From NCBI GenBank assembly GCA_001662655.1, contig KV460277.1: a stretch of 64,000 bases of DNA. The stretch is one strand, 5' to 3'. The stretch's first letter is position 1. Every line of letters starts with the position of its first letter. The translations under genes were made by a program, and so were the position numbers. This document shows, piece by piece, positions 63,362-64,000 of this stretch. The notes beneath the pieces are model-generated. The model was not told where the DNA came from. It saw only the letters and a list, made by a program, of their open reading frames with translations, and did no database searches. The stretch is from Pseudogymnoascus verrucosus. Lineage: Eukaryota.

Positions 63362-64000
63362 TGAGCTGAGTGTGGGAAGGCGAAGGGTTCTCTCTTCGCG
63401 CAGGGTGCTCGGGGTCGCTGTATTGTAGTCTCTGGTAGAGGGTCCGAAGATGGCGGACCGAGGCTTATAGTTGGGATTCCCAGAGATAATGTCGTAGGTG
63501 GGGATTGCCTGAATTGCTTCGAATGGGGCGACGAGAAGGTGGGTTGAAGTGGTTGAAGTACAACTGCGGGTCTATGGGAATACGGTCGAGACGCCTATTT
63601 GGCGGGGAAGGAAAGGAGGCGGGTTAGCGGATCGTAGGTGTCAGGAACATGCCAGACAGGGTCCAGATGGCCGTTAATTTAGTGGAATGTGGCGAGCGAA
63701 CCGGCACACGGCAAAAAATGATAGGGCGTTATATTAGAGAACATCACAGTAGTACTGCAGTTCTACCACAATTACCATAATACCATCATCCCCATACTAT
63801 TTCATACCATAACAACCCTTGAACTCGTCGTTAAAGACTCTCCTCTACACACCCTGCATCACTCACTAACTCTGTTTACTCTATGCTATGTGCGGTGATT
63901 TCATTTCCACCGTTTCACTGTACAGAAACTACTTAACTTATCCCGTGCGTGCCGGACGCCTTTGTGTTGCACATTCCATGGCAGAAAGTCTGAACACTAT

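Noticed and set aside
1..64000. Transposon, tRNA or rRNA genes
   Set aside because: I recognised no transposase, RT or integrase motifs, LTR/TIR pairs, cloverleafs or rRNA sequence.

Overview
Intron-containing genomic DNA from a filamentous ascomycete; a Leotiomycete-like origin is my inference. The window holds about 20 protein genes: MRD1, dynein light chain, an ELL/occludin-domain protein, two SprT-like HExxH metalloproteases, RAX1, RPL31, UBC11/E2-C, CHK1, an F-box protein, Y14/RBM8A, a saccharopine-dehydrogenase-like oxidoreductase, an NBP2-like SH3 protein, SSU72, SPA2, a maltose-type permease, a ZRC1/COT1 zinc transporter, a DUF202 protein, a GH3 beta-glucosidase, CDC1 and an RCO3-like hexose transporter. 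The most unusual feature is an ATG-free array of 8 repeats (48-64 bp period). Each repeat has a conserved ~21-nt core with a small palindrome showing apparent covariation, and the array sits between a TATA box and the first SprT-like gene. Two intronic box C/D snoRNAs were read directly from the sequence: an snR64-like RNA in an MRD1 intron, and one in the SSU72 5'UTR intron with a guide to an 18S site for which I know no budding-yeast guide. Other oddities are a GC-AG intron in CDC1, a 14-nt ATG-bearing micro-exon in CHK1 and a uORF ahead of the RCO3-like gene. All calls are by eye; no database searches were run.
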